64,000 nt of DNA from Bacteriovoracia bacterium (GTDB lineage Bacteria; Bdellovibrionota; UBA1018; JBFWNL01), in assembly GCA_050251055.1 (NCBI GenBank), contig JBFWNL010000004.1, forward strand, positions 224,001-288,000, written 5' to 3'. The notes under the pieces are model-generated. The model ran no database searches and was not told where the DNA came from. It was given only the letters and a program-made list of their open reading frames with translations. This document shows, in pieces, positions 1-9,778 of the stretch (within the stretch, counting starts at the first letter, position 1; the number at the start of each line of letters is the position of its first letter). The position numbers and the translations under genes are program-made.

Positions 1-1
1 C

Positions 2-211
2 GTTCTTCATACTGGAAAACAAGATCTCGTCTTTGTTCAGGTAAGCGAAAACACGCTGAAGCCACGAGCGATCATTCTTGGCGTGAAATCAAAGGGCGAA
101 TACGAAGTTTTAGCAGGCTTAAGTAAAGAAGAAAAAATCGCCACTGGGCCTAATTTTCTTCTCGATTCCGAAGCGCAAATTCGGGGTCTCGCCGAAGGCG
201 AGCGAAAGTGA
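2..211 (+). CDS. cusB: 3' end of CusB-like RND periplasmic adaptor (partial)
   Basis: Frame 2 reads VLHTGKQDLVFV...GEYEVLAGLSKEEKIATGPNFLLDSEAQI...*, a typical CusB-type C-terminus; stop lies 6 nt before cusA. Confidence 0.85.
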   Translation, partial: VLHTGKQDLVFVQVSENTLKPRAIILGVKSKGEYEVLAGLSKEEKIATGPNFLLDSEAQIRGLAEGERK

Positions 212-217
212 TCAGCC

Positions 218-3200
218 ATGATTCAAAAAATCATTAGGTTCTCTGCAGAAAATCGGCTCCTCGTAATTATTTTTACCGCGATTGCCTGCATCGGTGGCGT
301 GCTTGCATTAAAGCATATTCCTATTGATGCGATTCCGGATCTTTCAGATACACAGGTCATTATCTATTCGAAATGGGACCGCTCACCGGATCTCGTTGAG
401 AATCAGCTTACGTATCCCATTGTTTCAGGGCTTTTAGGAGCTCCCAAGATCAAAGCTATTCGCGGATTTTCTGATTTTGGATTCTCCTACGTCTATGTGA
501 TTTTTGAGGATGGAACAGATCTCTATTGGGCCCGATCCCGAGTTTTAGAGTACCTCAATCAAATTATTCCGAAACTTCCAGAAGGAGCGGTCACCGAACT
601 CGGGCCCGACGCCACGAGTGTCGGTTGGGTTTATCAATATGCCCTGATCGACAAATCCAGAAAAAGAGATGCTTCCGATTTAAGAACTCTGCAGGACTGG
701 TCGCTTAAATTTCAACTCCAATCCGTGCCAGGTGTAGCCGAAGTGGCATCGGTCGGAGGGTTTCAAAAACAATACCAAGTTCAGGTGAATCCAACCAAAC
801 TGCGCACCTTCCATGTGACCTTTGATCAAGTGATGAAAGCGGTCCGCGACTCCAATCAGGAAAGCGGAGGTCGCGTGATCGAATTTTCCGGCACGGAAGC
901 AATGGTCCGAAGTCGGGGACTCATTTCCACGGTGGAAGATATTGAAAACACCGTTGTCGCTTACAATCCTCAAACGCGCGCTTCTGTTCTCGTCAAACAG
1001 GTCGCGCATGTTGCTCTTGGTCCTGAGATGCGACGAGGTGTAACCGATCTTAACGGCGAGGGTGACGCGGTGGGTGGTATCATTGTCATGCGCCACGGCG
1101 AAGACACGGTTTCGGTGATCGACCGCGTGAAACAAAAAATAGAAGAATTGAAACCGGGGTTACCCCACGGGGTGGAGGTCGTAACGGTGTATGATCGCTC
1201 GGATCTCATTCATCGTGCGATTAATACTCTCAAACATAGCCTCATTGAAGAACTGATTATTGTGAGCTTAGTCATTCTCTTTTTCCTCTGGCATTTTCCT
1301 TCGGCTTCCATTCCCATCATCACGATTCCGGTTTCCATTTTGCTCGCCTTCATTCCACTTTATTTCATGGGTATGACGGCCAACATCATGTCGTTAGCGG
1401 GTATTGCGATTTCGATTGGAGTGCTTGTCGATGGAGCAATTGTAGAAGTCGAAAATGCCTACAAGAAAATTCAGCACTGGGATCAAACGGGGAGAAAAGA
1501 AAGTTTTCATAAAGTCCGACTCGAAGCTTTATTGGAAGTCGGTCCTTCGGTTTTCTTTTCCCTGCTCGTCATCGCGGTGGCATTCCTCCCAATTTTTACC
1601 CTCGTCGATCAAGAGGGAAGGCTTTTTCGACCTCTCGCGTGGTCAAAGAATCTTACGATGGCCGTAGCCGCAATTCTTGCTATTACCTTAGATCCCGCAC
1701 TTCGTATGCTCTTTGCGCGCTTCGAACCTTTTCAGACGCGCTTTCGCTGGCTGAACCCTTTCCTGAACACCACACTCATTGGAAAATATTATGCCGAAGA
1801 AAAGCATCCGATCAGTCGAAGGCTGCATCGCCTCTATGAACCCGTTGTGCATTGGGTGCTTGCACGTCGAGGTTTGACTTTGGGTCTCGCAGCTCTGCTG
1901 ACGTTAACGACCGTTCCAGTCTATTTTCAATTGGGCCGAGAATTCATGCCGACCCTGCATGAAGGAAGTCTTCTTTATATGCCAACGGCTTTGCCTGGAA
2001 TGTCGATTCCAGAAGCAGCGCGTGTACTTCAAAAGCAAGATGAAATTTTAAAATCATTTCCTGAAGTGGAAACCGTTTTTGGGAAAGCCGGACGCGCCGA
2101 CACTTCGACCGATACAGCACCGGTCTCGATGGTCGAAACCACCATCATTCTTAAGCCAAAATCGGAATGGCGAAAAGTTGATCGCTGGTACTCCCGTCTT
2201 CCAGATATTCTTGAATTTCCATTCCGCCCCTTTTGGCCGGATCGCCTTGATGAGGAAATGCTCATTTCTGAAATGAATGAAAAACTTCAGTTTCCTGGGA
2301 TGCCCAATATCTGGACGATGCCTATTAAAAATCGCATCGATATGCTCTCTACCGGCATTCGAAGTGCTTTAGGTATTAAAATTTTTGGTCCTGATCTGAA
2401 GATAATTGAAACGATCGGGAAGAATATCGAAGAGGCGTTGAAAAATTCGTCTGGCGCACGGTCCGTGGTGGCTGAACGAGCTGCCAGTGGCTTTTTCTTG
2501 GATGTCGATTTCAACAGAACGGCTCTGTCAGCTTATGGTTTAAATCTTAAAGACGCGCAAGACCAGGCGATGGCTGCTATTGGAGGAGAGAATGTCTCGG
2601 TTTCACTTTCAGGACGCGAACGTTATCCGATCCAGGTACGCCTGGCGCGGGATTATCGAAATGACATTGAAACGATTAAAGCACTTTTCATTTCAACACC
2701 TTCCGGTGGAAGCATTCCCCTTTCAACGATTGCTGACATTCAAGTGAGACAAGGTCCGAGCATGGTACGAAATGAAAATGCCATGCCGGTTGGCTACGTT
2801 TTTGTTGATGTGGATCCCGCCAAAACGGACATCGGTAGTTTCGTCAAACGCGCCAAAGAAATTGTTCAAACGAAGGTTGAGCTGCCAGACGGCTACTTTC
2901 TTTCTTGGAGTGGACAATATGAAAATATGACACGGGTCAAAGACAGGTTGATGATCATTGTCCCACTCACTCTTTTGGTGATTGCTTTTCTCCTTTTTTT
3001 AAACACGCAGTCCTGGATCAAAGTGGGAATTGTGCTCCTGGCTGTTCCCTTTTCTTTGATTGGAGCGGTTTGGCTGCTCTGGCTTCTTGACTACAATCTT
3101 TCTATCGCGACGTGGGTCGGCATGATCGCGCTTATGGGTCTTGATGCCGAAACGGGTGTGTTTATGCTCCTCTACTTAGACCTGGCGTTTAATCGCCGAA

Positions 3201-3484
3201 AACAAGAAGGAAAGATGGCCACAAAACAGGATTTAACCGACTCCATTATTGAGGGAGCGGTCCATCGTCTTCGACCCAAGTTGATGACAGTGGCGGCAGC
3301 ATTTCTCGGTCTCTTTCCCATCATGTGGTCCACGGGAGCGGGCGCGGATGTGATGAAGCGAATTGCCGCCCCGATGATTGGGGGTCTGTCCACATCATTT
3401 CTACTCGAACTTCTGATCTATCCCGTCATTTTTTATATCTGGAAAATAAAACAAGAGCCAAAACTAAAAGTCGTTCGCCAATAA
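218..3484 (+). CDS. cusA: CusA/SilA-type heavy-metal RND efflux pump
   Basis: 1088 aa; DAIPDLSDTQVII, GPDATSVGWVYQY, HRLRPKLMT, MKRIAAPMIGG motifs. Confidence 0.95.
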   Translation: MIQKIIRFSAENRLLVIIFTAIACIGGVLALKHIPIDAIPDLSDTQVIIYSKWDRSPDLVENQLTYPIVSGLLGAPKIKAIRGFSDFGFSYVYVIFEDGTDLYWARSRVLEYLNQIIPKLPEGAVTELGPDATSVGWVYQYALIDKSRKRDASDLRTLQDWSLKFQLQSVPGVAEVASVGGFQKQYQVQVNPTKLRTFHVTFDQVMKAVRDSNQESGGRVIEFSGTEAMVRSRGLISTVEDIENTVVAYNPQTRASVLVKQVAHVALGPEMRRGVTDLNGEGDAVGGIIVMRHGEDTVSVIDRVKQKIEELKPGLPHGVEVVTVYDRSDLIHRAINTLKHSLIEELIIVSLVILFFLWHFPSASIPIITIPVSILLAFIPLYFMGMTANIMSLAGIAISIGVLVDGAIVEVENAYKKIQHWDQTGRKESFHKVRLEALLEVGPSVFFSLLVIAVAFLPIFTLVDQEGRLFRPLAWSKNLTMAVAAILAITLDPALRMLFARFEPFQTRFRWLNPFLNTTLIGKYYAEEKHPISRRLHRLYEPVVHWVLARRGLTLGLAALLTLTTVPVYFQLGREFMPTLHEGSLLYMPTALPGMSIPEAARVLQKQDEILKSFPEVETVFGKAGRADTSTDTAPVSMVETTIILKPKSEWRKVDRWYSRLPDILEFPFRPFWPDRLDEEMLISEMNEKLQFPGMPNIWTMPIKNRIDMLSTGIRSALGIKIFGPDLKIIETIGKNIEEALKNSSGARSVVAERAASGFFLDVDFNRTALSAYGLNLKDAQDQAMAAIGGENVSVSLSGRERYPIQVRLARDYRNDIETIKALFISTPSGGSIPLSTIADIQVRQGPSMVRNENAMPVGYVFVDVDPAKTDIGSFVKRAKEIVQTKVELPDGYFLSWSGQYENMTRVKDRLMIIVPLTLLVIAFLLFLNTQSWIKVGIVLLAVPFSLIGAVWLLWLLDYNLSIATWVGMIALMGLDAETGVFMLLYLDLAFNRRKQEGKMATKQDLTDSIIEGAVHRLRPKLMTVAAAFLGLFPIMWSTGAGADVMKRIAAPMIGGLSTSFLLELLIYPVIFYIWKIKQEPKLKVVRQ

Positions 3485-3495
3485 GAAAAAAAAGT

Positions 3496-3621
3496 ATGAA
3501 AATATTAATTCAAAATCTGATTGTTCTCTCCACACTCGCCCTTGGTCGCTTAGAGAAAGGCGAAACCCGATTGGATTGCGGCATGAATATGATGCAGGGC
3601 GGCCAGATCTTAATGCAATGA
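3496..3621 (+). pseudogene. Possible remnant of a secreted heavy-metal-binding protein
   Basis: 41 aa; signal-like N-terminus joined to KGETRLDCGMNM, resembling the end of a CPxCGMxL metal-binding repeat. Confidence 0.3.
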
Positions 3622-3724
3622 CGCTAACTGAATTCTCATGGACGTAGCACATCATTTGGAAAAAATGGTCGCCGAGTTCTTCACAACGTATCATGTAGTC
3701 TGAAAAGTATGAAGGGGGAGGACC

Positions 3725-4492
3725 ATGGAAGGGAAACCGCTAACGGAGAACTGCAAACGTGTTTACGATTCGAAAGAGCATGTCTGTTTTGGCATCAGTC
3801 CCTTTAATAGCTATTTTTCCGAACGGCGTCTTCGCGACCTGGCGCATTGGGGACGCTCCCATTTCCAGTCGATGCATTTTTTTGTGCCAGATGTACCCGC
3901 CGCTTACACGCTTGAAGCTTTAGGCTACACGCCTGAGCGTGCCGCCTGGAAAGCTCGCCGCCAGGCAAATTGGCTAAGAAACAAAATTATCCGTTCCCTC
4001 ATCAGCCTCAGTTTCACTCACCACGAATCAGAAAAAATGGTCTTGGATTGGGAAAAACTAGTCAGCATTTCCCGGTTTCAAGAAATTTATAGGGAGATTC
4101 AAGGTCTTTTTCGTAAAGATTCCGCCTTTCGAGGTGCGTGTATCGAAGCTTCGCATTGGATTTTAGAAAAGCGAGTTGCGGATACTTTAGCTCTTACTGA
4201 TGAAGCTCTTTTACGAGCTGTTGAGTATTTTCTTGCCGAGATCCCCCTCTTCCTTGATGCAGCAAGCATTTTAAATCAAAAAGCATCGGTCTTCGCTTAC
4301 CACCAGAGTATTCCATTTCTCGAAAATCTTTATCGAAACCAGTTCTTCTGCCAGGTCCCATCCGAGCGACAGGGCTATGTCATTCTTGCGGCAAAAAAAG
4401 AAAATGAAATAAGGGACGCAAATTCACTTCACTTGCAGCCGCCTATCTCTGAATCAGGGAATTATGAAGTGTCTCTTCCATCTGAAGATTAG
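3725..4492 (+). CDS. tRNA-dependent cyclodipeptide synthase (CDPS), NYH subfamily
   Basis: HVCFGISPFNSYFS (HxxxGxS, catalytic Ser), YFLAEIPLF (YxxxExP), FAYH; RBS GGGGAGG. Confidence 0.92.
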   Translation: MEGKPLTENCKRVYDSKEHVCFGISPFNSYFSERRLRDLAHWGRSHFQSMHFFVPDVPAAYTLEALGYTPERAAWKARRQANWLRNKIIRSLISLSFTHHESEKMVLDWEKLVSISRFQEIYREIQGLFRKDSAFRGACIEASHWILEKRVADTLALTDEALLRAVEYFLAEIPLFLDAASILNQKASVFAYHQSIPFLENLYRNQFFCQVPSERQGYVILAAKKENEIRDANSLHLQPPISESGNYEVSLPSED

Positions 4493-4499
4493 ATCTTCG

Positions 4500-4655
4500 T
4501 TATGTTTTTTGGTTTCGATGAGTCCCGACACTTCGGCGAATCAAAAAAACTGTTAATGAGATGAGAGTCGCTATCAAAACAAGACCGATTAAAACCATGA
4601 CCCACATCATGATTCCACCCTAGAGGCCCTGACACATTGGGCACATTCCAATCAT
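4500..4655 (-). pseudogene. Small Met/Cys-rich membrane protein interrupted by an in-frame TAG
   Basis: MIGMCPMCQGL*GGIMMWVMVLIGLVLIATLISLTVFLIRRSVGTHRNQKT; TAG at 4620-4622. Confidence 0.55.
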
Positions 4656-4727
4656 TCCATCCCTACCGATCTCTTGCGCAATATTTAGTAATGGAAAAAG
4701 AACGAGATAGCATGGAAACACGTTCTA

Positions 4728-5081
4728 TCAAGCGGCGCGCCGCGTTTCCATCCGGCGGCAAGACTCTGCACATTTGCGACAGATATCGGCACAGCGCTGC
4801 ATTTCTTTGTCATCGGTGAATTTTGCGCAATCTTCAGCGCATGCATCACATAAACGCGTGCAAGTCCGGCAGGCATCCGCATAGAAATTTGAGTTGCGAA
4901 GCATAAAGTTCGCACTTGTTTGGCAAATCTCGGCACAATCCAATAAAAGACTAATGTGTTTCGTTTCAGCGTGACGTCCACCCTTATCGAGACAGTGCGG
5001 CAAAATTTCGTTACAAACCGCGTGGCAGCCAAGACAATTATCGATACATTCTTGAAAATCTTTTTGTGACATATGAGGCAT
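4728..5081 (-). CDS. Four-helix-bundle copper storage protein (Csp3/DUF326-like)
   Basis: Repeated CxxxCxxC motifs, LLLDCAEICQTSANFMLRNS, no signal peptide. Confidence 0.9.
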   Translation of the reverse strand: MPHMSQKDFQECIDNCLGCHAVCNEILPHCLDKGGRHAETKHISLLLDCAEICQTSANFMLRNSNFYADACRTCTRLCDACAEDCAKFTDDKEMQRCADICRKCAESCRRMETRRAA

Positions 5082-5159
5082 GGTTGATTCTCCTTTGATG
5101 GTTTCAAATAAATTTCAATTTTTTAGTGGGCCACGTATGGACCAGATCTCGCTGAGTGC

Positions 5160-5176
5160 TGCAATTTCAATACCAA
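5160..5176 (-). promoter_or_regulatory. Putative sigma54 -24/-12 promoter for the copper storage gene
   Basis: Minus strand TTGGTATTGAAATTGCA, GG-N10-GC, about 80 nt upstream of the start. Confidence 0.55.
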
Positions 5177-5350
5177 TGTACTTCGTTGCCAACCAAATTT
5201 AATATTTTAAACTGACAATAAGAGCTAGATACCGACTTTGGTTAGTAAAGTTAGAGAAAATTAACCCAAAGCTTTTCTGAACGAAAACCTCAAATCAAAC
5301 AGCTCGGTGATGAGGACCCCACTCAAAAGTCCTTCTCCGATCCCATATTT

Positions 5351-7543
5351 TCAAAGTAAAGCGACTTTCTGTTTTTGCGCTTGTTCAACACTTCCTTGCG
5401 ATTCGAAGCATGCGATCACTTGATTGAGATCCTTCCGAACAATTCTTTCGATCCAGTACATTCCTTCGGGATACTGTTCTTTAAAATGCTGTTTTTCATA
5501 TCCCGTGTTTAAAACGATTCGTTTGAATCCATAATTGTCGTAAAGATCGCGCGCATGCTCTTCGCCCTTCTCACCAAACCGTAGACGAGAATCAACTACG
5601 ATGACTTTATTTTTATCGAGTAGATGAAGATGTTCTCGCATTTCAGCAAAACTTCGATAGAAAAGAAGATTCTTTTTCTTTTCGCGGGCTAATTTTCTGA
5701 GATGGATTACATGAAGGTCGTCGTCGTCAATTACAACTCCATCAAAAGGTTGCGAAACCTCTAAGCGATTCACCGAGAAATCTATTTTTTCAAGCAGGAT
5801 TTTCGGCAAAAGCTTGATTCCTTTTCGATCACATTCATCCAAGAGACGTGAATTACCATAATTATGAGTCAGAAGAATTGATCGCTTTTCTAAACCGAAG
5901 CGTTCAATCGTATCTGTTCCTGTAATTTTTGCATCGCCGAGATCATAGTCCATGAAGACAAAATCCGATTGAGGAAAATTTGTCTCTTTAGCCCATGATT
6001 GAAAGCCCTCAAGGTCATGGAAAACAGTAGTTTCTATTTTGGGCGCCTGTCTTTTAATAAGATCATCGACCTTCTTTGCGAACTCTCTATCGTTTTCGAC
6101 AATAATTACCCGATGAAATCCATTCAAGCTCGTCGTTCCAACAAAAGAGCGTCGTGGCGCGTATTCCAAAAAAGCCAGGCGAATGGTTGTTCCTAGCCCT
6201 TCTTTAGATTCAATAGAAAGCTCGCCATCATCTTTTCGGACAATTTCAATCGCTTTGCTAAGACCTTTGCCTCGTCCTGCTCCACCTTTCGTTGAAAATC
6301 CGTACTGCTTTACGTCCTCTAAGAGTCCTTCGGGAATTCCGCAACCGGTATCTTCAATGAATATAGCGGCCAAATCGTTCGTTCTTTTCGTTGAGAGAGT
6401 GACACTTCCAGTTTCTTGGATGGATTCAACTGCATTATTCACAAGATTGGAAATAGCGGTTCCAAGTTCAACGGGATCTACCTTCACAAAAAGCCCAAGA
6501 TCGCTGGCTAAAAAATCAAAATGAATTTGCAGCCGATCCTGATGGCTGTACTCAATAGCTTTCAGTTCAACAAGATGGGCGATAAAAGCATCGAGTTGCA
6601 AAACGAAACTGCGTTCGACTTCATCAAGGCTCTCGGCTCCTACTTTCTGGAGCTGCTGCATTTTGACAGAAATATCGCTCGCCGCTTTCTGAAGGATGAG
6701 AAGATCATCTTCACCGATTTTTGAGCGAAGATTTTGGATCGAATGGAGCAAAATGCTCGTGTAAGATTTCAAATCATGAGCCAGTTGAGCCGCAAGCTTT
6801 CCGCGTTCCTCTTCGACCGACTGATTTAAAAGAGCTGATTGCTGCCGTTCAATACGATCCTGAAGTAAATCGAATTTATCTTTAATACTTTTTGTTTCGA
6901 CGAGCCTTTCTGATTCATAAGCGATCTTACTGTTCGAGTCGTTTCGGTCGAAATGCTCAATATAGTCACGCAGGTTTTCCAGAGGTTGGCTGATTCTTCT
7001 AAGTACAGCTTTCAAACGAAGGAGGAGAATCAAAAATAGGGCGATTGAGATAATGAGAGTCGTAAAAAACGTGTACCTAATGACTTGTTCCCGGATTGAA
7101 TTTGGAAAAGCCACTTTCACCGTAAAGTTTTCGGGACGATCTGGATACACAGAGAAAACTGACTGTTGAACGACGTAAGGAGATAAAAGAACATCGAGAT
7201 AACCCGTTTCCTTTAAATCTCGAATATCTCCACTTGCAAGTTCGGAAACAACCAACGGTCGAATCGCGTCGCCCGTGATGGCAATAGAGAGAACATCAGA
7301 GGTTTCGAGCGTTTTCGAAAGAATACCTCGAATCTCAATTTCATCGCCGATTTGAATTTTGGGCTTAATGATGGCTACCAATTGTTGCGTAAGAAGCCTG
7401 ATTTTACTGTGCTCACTATTTGAAAAGGCAACCGTAAGCACGCATGCGATCAAAGGCACTACTAGAAGAATCGAATAAACGAGAATGCCAAAAGAGGAAG
7501 AGCGAAATAAAAGTTGAAGAGTTTGGTGTTTATCTTTTCTCAT
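5351..7543 (-). CDS. Membrane hybrid histidine kinase with two C-terminal receiver domains
   Basis: Two TM segments around a periplasmic domain; H-box AHDLKS, N-box NLVNNA, DTGCG, GRGKGL; receivers IIVEND..MDYDL and VIDDD..VVDSRL. Confidence 0.9.
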   Translation of the reverse strand: MRKDKHQTLQLLFRSSSFGILVYSILLVVPLIACVLTVAFSNSEHSKIRLLTQQLVAIIKPKIQIGDEIEIRGILSKTLETSDVLSIAITGDAIRPLVVSELASGDIRDLKETGYLDVLLSPYVVQQSVFSVYPDRPENFTVKVAFPNSIREQVIRYTFFTTLIISIALFLILLLRLKAVLRRISQPLENLRDYIEHFDRNDSNSKIAYESERLVETKSIKDKFDLLQDRIERQQSALLNQSVEEERGKLAAQLAHDLKSYTSILLHSIQNLRSKIGEDDLLILQKAASDISVKMQQLQKVGAESLDEVERSFVLQLDAFIAHLVELKAIEYSHQDRLQIHFDFLASDLGLFVKVDPVELGTAISNLVNNAVESIQETGSVTLSTKRTNDLAAIFIEDTGCGIPEGLLEDVKQYGFSTKGGAGRGKGLSKAIEIVRKDDGELSIESKEGLGTTIRLAFLEYAPRRSFVGTTSLNGFHRVIIVENDREFAKKVDDLIKRQAPKIETTVFHDLEGFQSWAKETNFPQSDFVFMDYDLGDAKITGTDTIERFGLEKRSILLTHNYGNSRLLDECDRKGIKLLPKILLEKIDFSVNRLEVSQPFDGVVIDDDDLHVIHLRKLAREKKKNLLFYRSFAEMREHLHLLDKNKVIVVDSRLRFGEKGEEHARDLYDNYGFKRIVLNTGYEKQHFKEQYPEGMYWIERIVRKDLNQVIACFESQGSVEQAQKQKVALL

Positions 7544-8838
7544 TTTATTTCCTTTGCCATAGCCAAAGGACGTTCCAGCGAAATCGTTACGAATGAAAAC
7601 AGAAGGGACAGTATAACAACGGATACAAATGCTTCTTTTATAGATGGAGCTCCGTTTCTAAGCGTACTGATATAAAGACTGTATAATCCGACCCAGAGAT
7701 AACCGGGAATATTTTGAAAACTTAAGGCAGTCGCATAGTCTTGTCGTTTTACTTCTCCCATCAATTGATTCATCGACATATTTTGAATTGCGGACGTAGC
7801 AGTATGAAACAATGCGCCAAAAACAAAAATATAAGTGATCTGCACAAATACCGGAGTGTTCCCATAAAGGGCCAAGTACCCAAGGCTCATAACAAGAGTG
7901 AGCCCATAAAAAATGAGAAGATACTGTCTTGGAGTTACACACCGAATGAGCACTGGCAATAAATGTCCTTTTAAAATCCATCCGAACGCCGAGTAGCCGA
8001 GCATAAATGCCGCCATGAACGACCACTGAATGAGTTCAGCGCTTTGGTTATGCTCTCGACCTAACGATAGGGGGAGATAGCCAGCAATTATGACAGTCAT
8101 CATCCAGAACGAAAGATTGTAGATCGTCGCAATTTTTGCGCGAGGTGCTAAAAAGGTCACTTTAAAAATGTCTTTAAGAGGCGACACATGGAGCTGTTTG
8201 TCGCGATCTCCGAGTTGAAGATAATCCCGCCACAACGTCACAATACACGAAGCGTAGAGAGCGATGCCTATGAGAAATGTATGAGGAAGCCACTGCTTCT
8301 GTTCGAACACCCATGCCAAAGCGAAAGCCGCGATAACAGCAATCGTCGTAAAATATTTTCCGTAGTTTTGACTCGTAGTCAAACTCGTTGCAGCTACCTT
8401 CTCGTGATCATCATTCAAGCAACGCACCTTTATCGCATCCTGGTAAAAGGCTTCAATGGAACCAGAGCTAAGGGGCTTTGCTATTCCAATGAGAATTCCA
8501 TGAGCAATGAAAAGAATTCGCGCCATCGCACCATCGAAAACAAGCGCTACATACACACAGGCGAGCCCACTCATCACGAGTAACAAACTCAAAATGATAG
8601 AAGGAATTCGTCCAATGCGATCAGATATATAACCGCAAGGAACCTCTAGTAAGCCATTCAGTGTGAATTCAATAAGAGTAACGAGAGCTACGGTGTCTGC
8701 GGGAACCCCAAAGGAAAGCGCGAGGACACCAACAATTACTCGAAACAAAACGGAGTTGAATTGTACCGCCGCTGCATAGAGCGCGCGAAAGACTCCGAGG
8801 CGAATCAAAATGTCATGCACTGACATTTCTTGTTTCAT
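7540..8838 (-). CDS. MFS transporter (putative exporter)
   Basis: LEVPCGYISDRIGR (MFS motif A), SGSIEAFYQD, about 12 hydrophobic segments. Confidence 0.88.
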   Translation of the reverse strand: MKQEMSVHDILIRLGVFRALYAAAVQFNSVLFRVIVGVLALSFGVPADTVALVTLIEFTLNGLLEVPCGYISDRIGRIPSIILSLLLVMSGLACVYVALVFDGAMARILFIAHGILIGIAKPLSSGSIEAFYQDAIKVRCLNDDHEKVAATSLTTSQNYGKYFTTIAVIAAFALAWVFEQKQWLPHTFLIGIALYASCIVTLWRDYLQLGDRDKQLHVSPLKDIFKVTFLAPRAKIATIYNLSFWMMTVIIAGYLPLSLGREHNQSAELIQWSFMAAFMLGYSAFGWILKGHLLPVLIRCVTPRQYLLIFYGLTLVMSLGYLALYGNTPVFVQITYIFVFGALFHTATSAIQNMSMNQLMGEVKRQDYATALSFQNIPGYLWVGLYSLYISTLRNGAPSIKEAFVSVVILSLLFSFVTISLERPLAMAKEIK

Positions 8839-9689
8839 CGTGCGCTCACCCTCGACGAAGGAGATTTCGAGTCTAACAACTCGTCTCGAATGATATGAAT
8901 AATGTCTGTGATATGCTCATCAAACCTGAGAAGGCCGCGCCCGCAAATAGTTTCGTAATCTTTTTGGAAAGTCGACGTGAATCTTTCAAGAATTCGATAA
9001 GCGCCTTGGTCATACTTTCGATCAATCTTCTTACTTCTTAAAATTCGAAGAGCTAAGCCAAGCATACACGCTTGAGCAAAGGCACCATGATAAATGCCAA
9101 TCAGGGGTCGATCAATATCCCGAATCGCAGAGTATCTTGTTTCATCCCAAGGCTGGTCAAAGATTTCTTGCTCGTCGTGCGTGGTAATTACGATGTTTAA
9201 ATAATGATGTCCAAGCTCATGGACTAAAATTTCAGCCCACTTTACGGGGCAATCACTATCCATCCGATAGAGAATTTGGCCAAACGTTTGTGGATCTGAA
9301 GCAGATTCGAAGGGATCATCTATTGTGGTCTGCGCCAAACGAGGCTGAATGGCTTTAACAATTTTAAAGTATTCAGGCCACGTAGACGCGATCAGACTGA
9401 TTGCTTCCTGATAGATTTTTTCTTTTTCCGAGTAGATTTCACTTTCATGAGATCGGAAAATATCATTTCCAGTGACTAGCTTCCTGCGCTTTTGATCACG
9501 CAAGAATAGCTCACCCCACTGTTTAGATCTATTGAGATCTTCAGCCGAAAAATAACACGAGGACACAATCGGTAGACTTAATTTCGAAAGGTCTATTTTT
9601 GAAATTTCTGGCCGGGAAGAGAGAATCGCACGAACTCCCTCTTCCCGCAGAAACTCGACATAGGAACTGATCATTCCCAAGTCAAACAT
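8835..9689 (-). CDS. HEXXH-motif protein, aKG-HExxH peptide-modifying family
   Basis: ILVHELGHHYL plus YSAIRDIDRPLIGIYHGAF (variant of SPWRxDxRPxxGxxH); probable start ATG 9689 (MFDLG), not 9815. Confidence 0.8.
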   Translation of the reverse strand: MFDLGMISSYVEFLREEGVRAILSSRPEISKIDLSKLSLPIVSSCYFSAEDLNRSKQWGELFLRDQKRRKLVTGNDIFRSHESEIYSEKEKIYQEAISLIASTWPEYFKIVKAIQPRLAQTTIDDPFESASDPQTFGQILYRMDSDCPVKWAEILVHELGHHYLNIVITTHDEQEIFDQPWDETRYSAIRDIDRPLIGIYHGAFAQACMLGLALRILRSKKIDRKYDQGAYRILERFTSTFQKDYETICGRGLLRFDEHITDIIHIIRDELLDSKSPSSRVSAR

Positions 9690-9700
9690 CTTCGAAACTC

Positions 9701-9778
9701 TTAGTAACTTGCGCGAGCTTCGCCGATTAGTTTGTTCCTGAGAATCGCGAGATTGAACGAGCGCTTTCTGTTTTTCAT
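9701..9778 (-). CDS. Hidden 25-aa peptide MKNRKRSFNLAILRNKLIGEARASY, putative RiPP/pheromone precursor
   Basis: AAAGGAGG RBS (9787-9794) 8 nt before ATG; fits between the SBP stop and the HExxH start. Confidence 0.75.
   Translation of the reverse strand: MKNRKRSFNLAILRNKLIGEARASY

Noticed and set aside
3725-4492. CDPS as the signal synthase for the SBP-kinase cassette
   Set aside because: It is outside the operon, on the opposite strand and separated by copper genes, while the operon has its own peptide and enzyme. Not excluded, since Dpp-like SBPs could bind diketopiperazines.
4503-4550. Possible bidirectional terminator after the CDPS
   Set aside because: The stem is imperfect and the region reads as the 3' end of the small membrane pseudogene; not supportable.
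4685-5107. 140-aa alternative-frame ORF
   Set aside because: Shadow of the Csp3-like gene, which has the recognisable Cys pattern.
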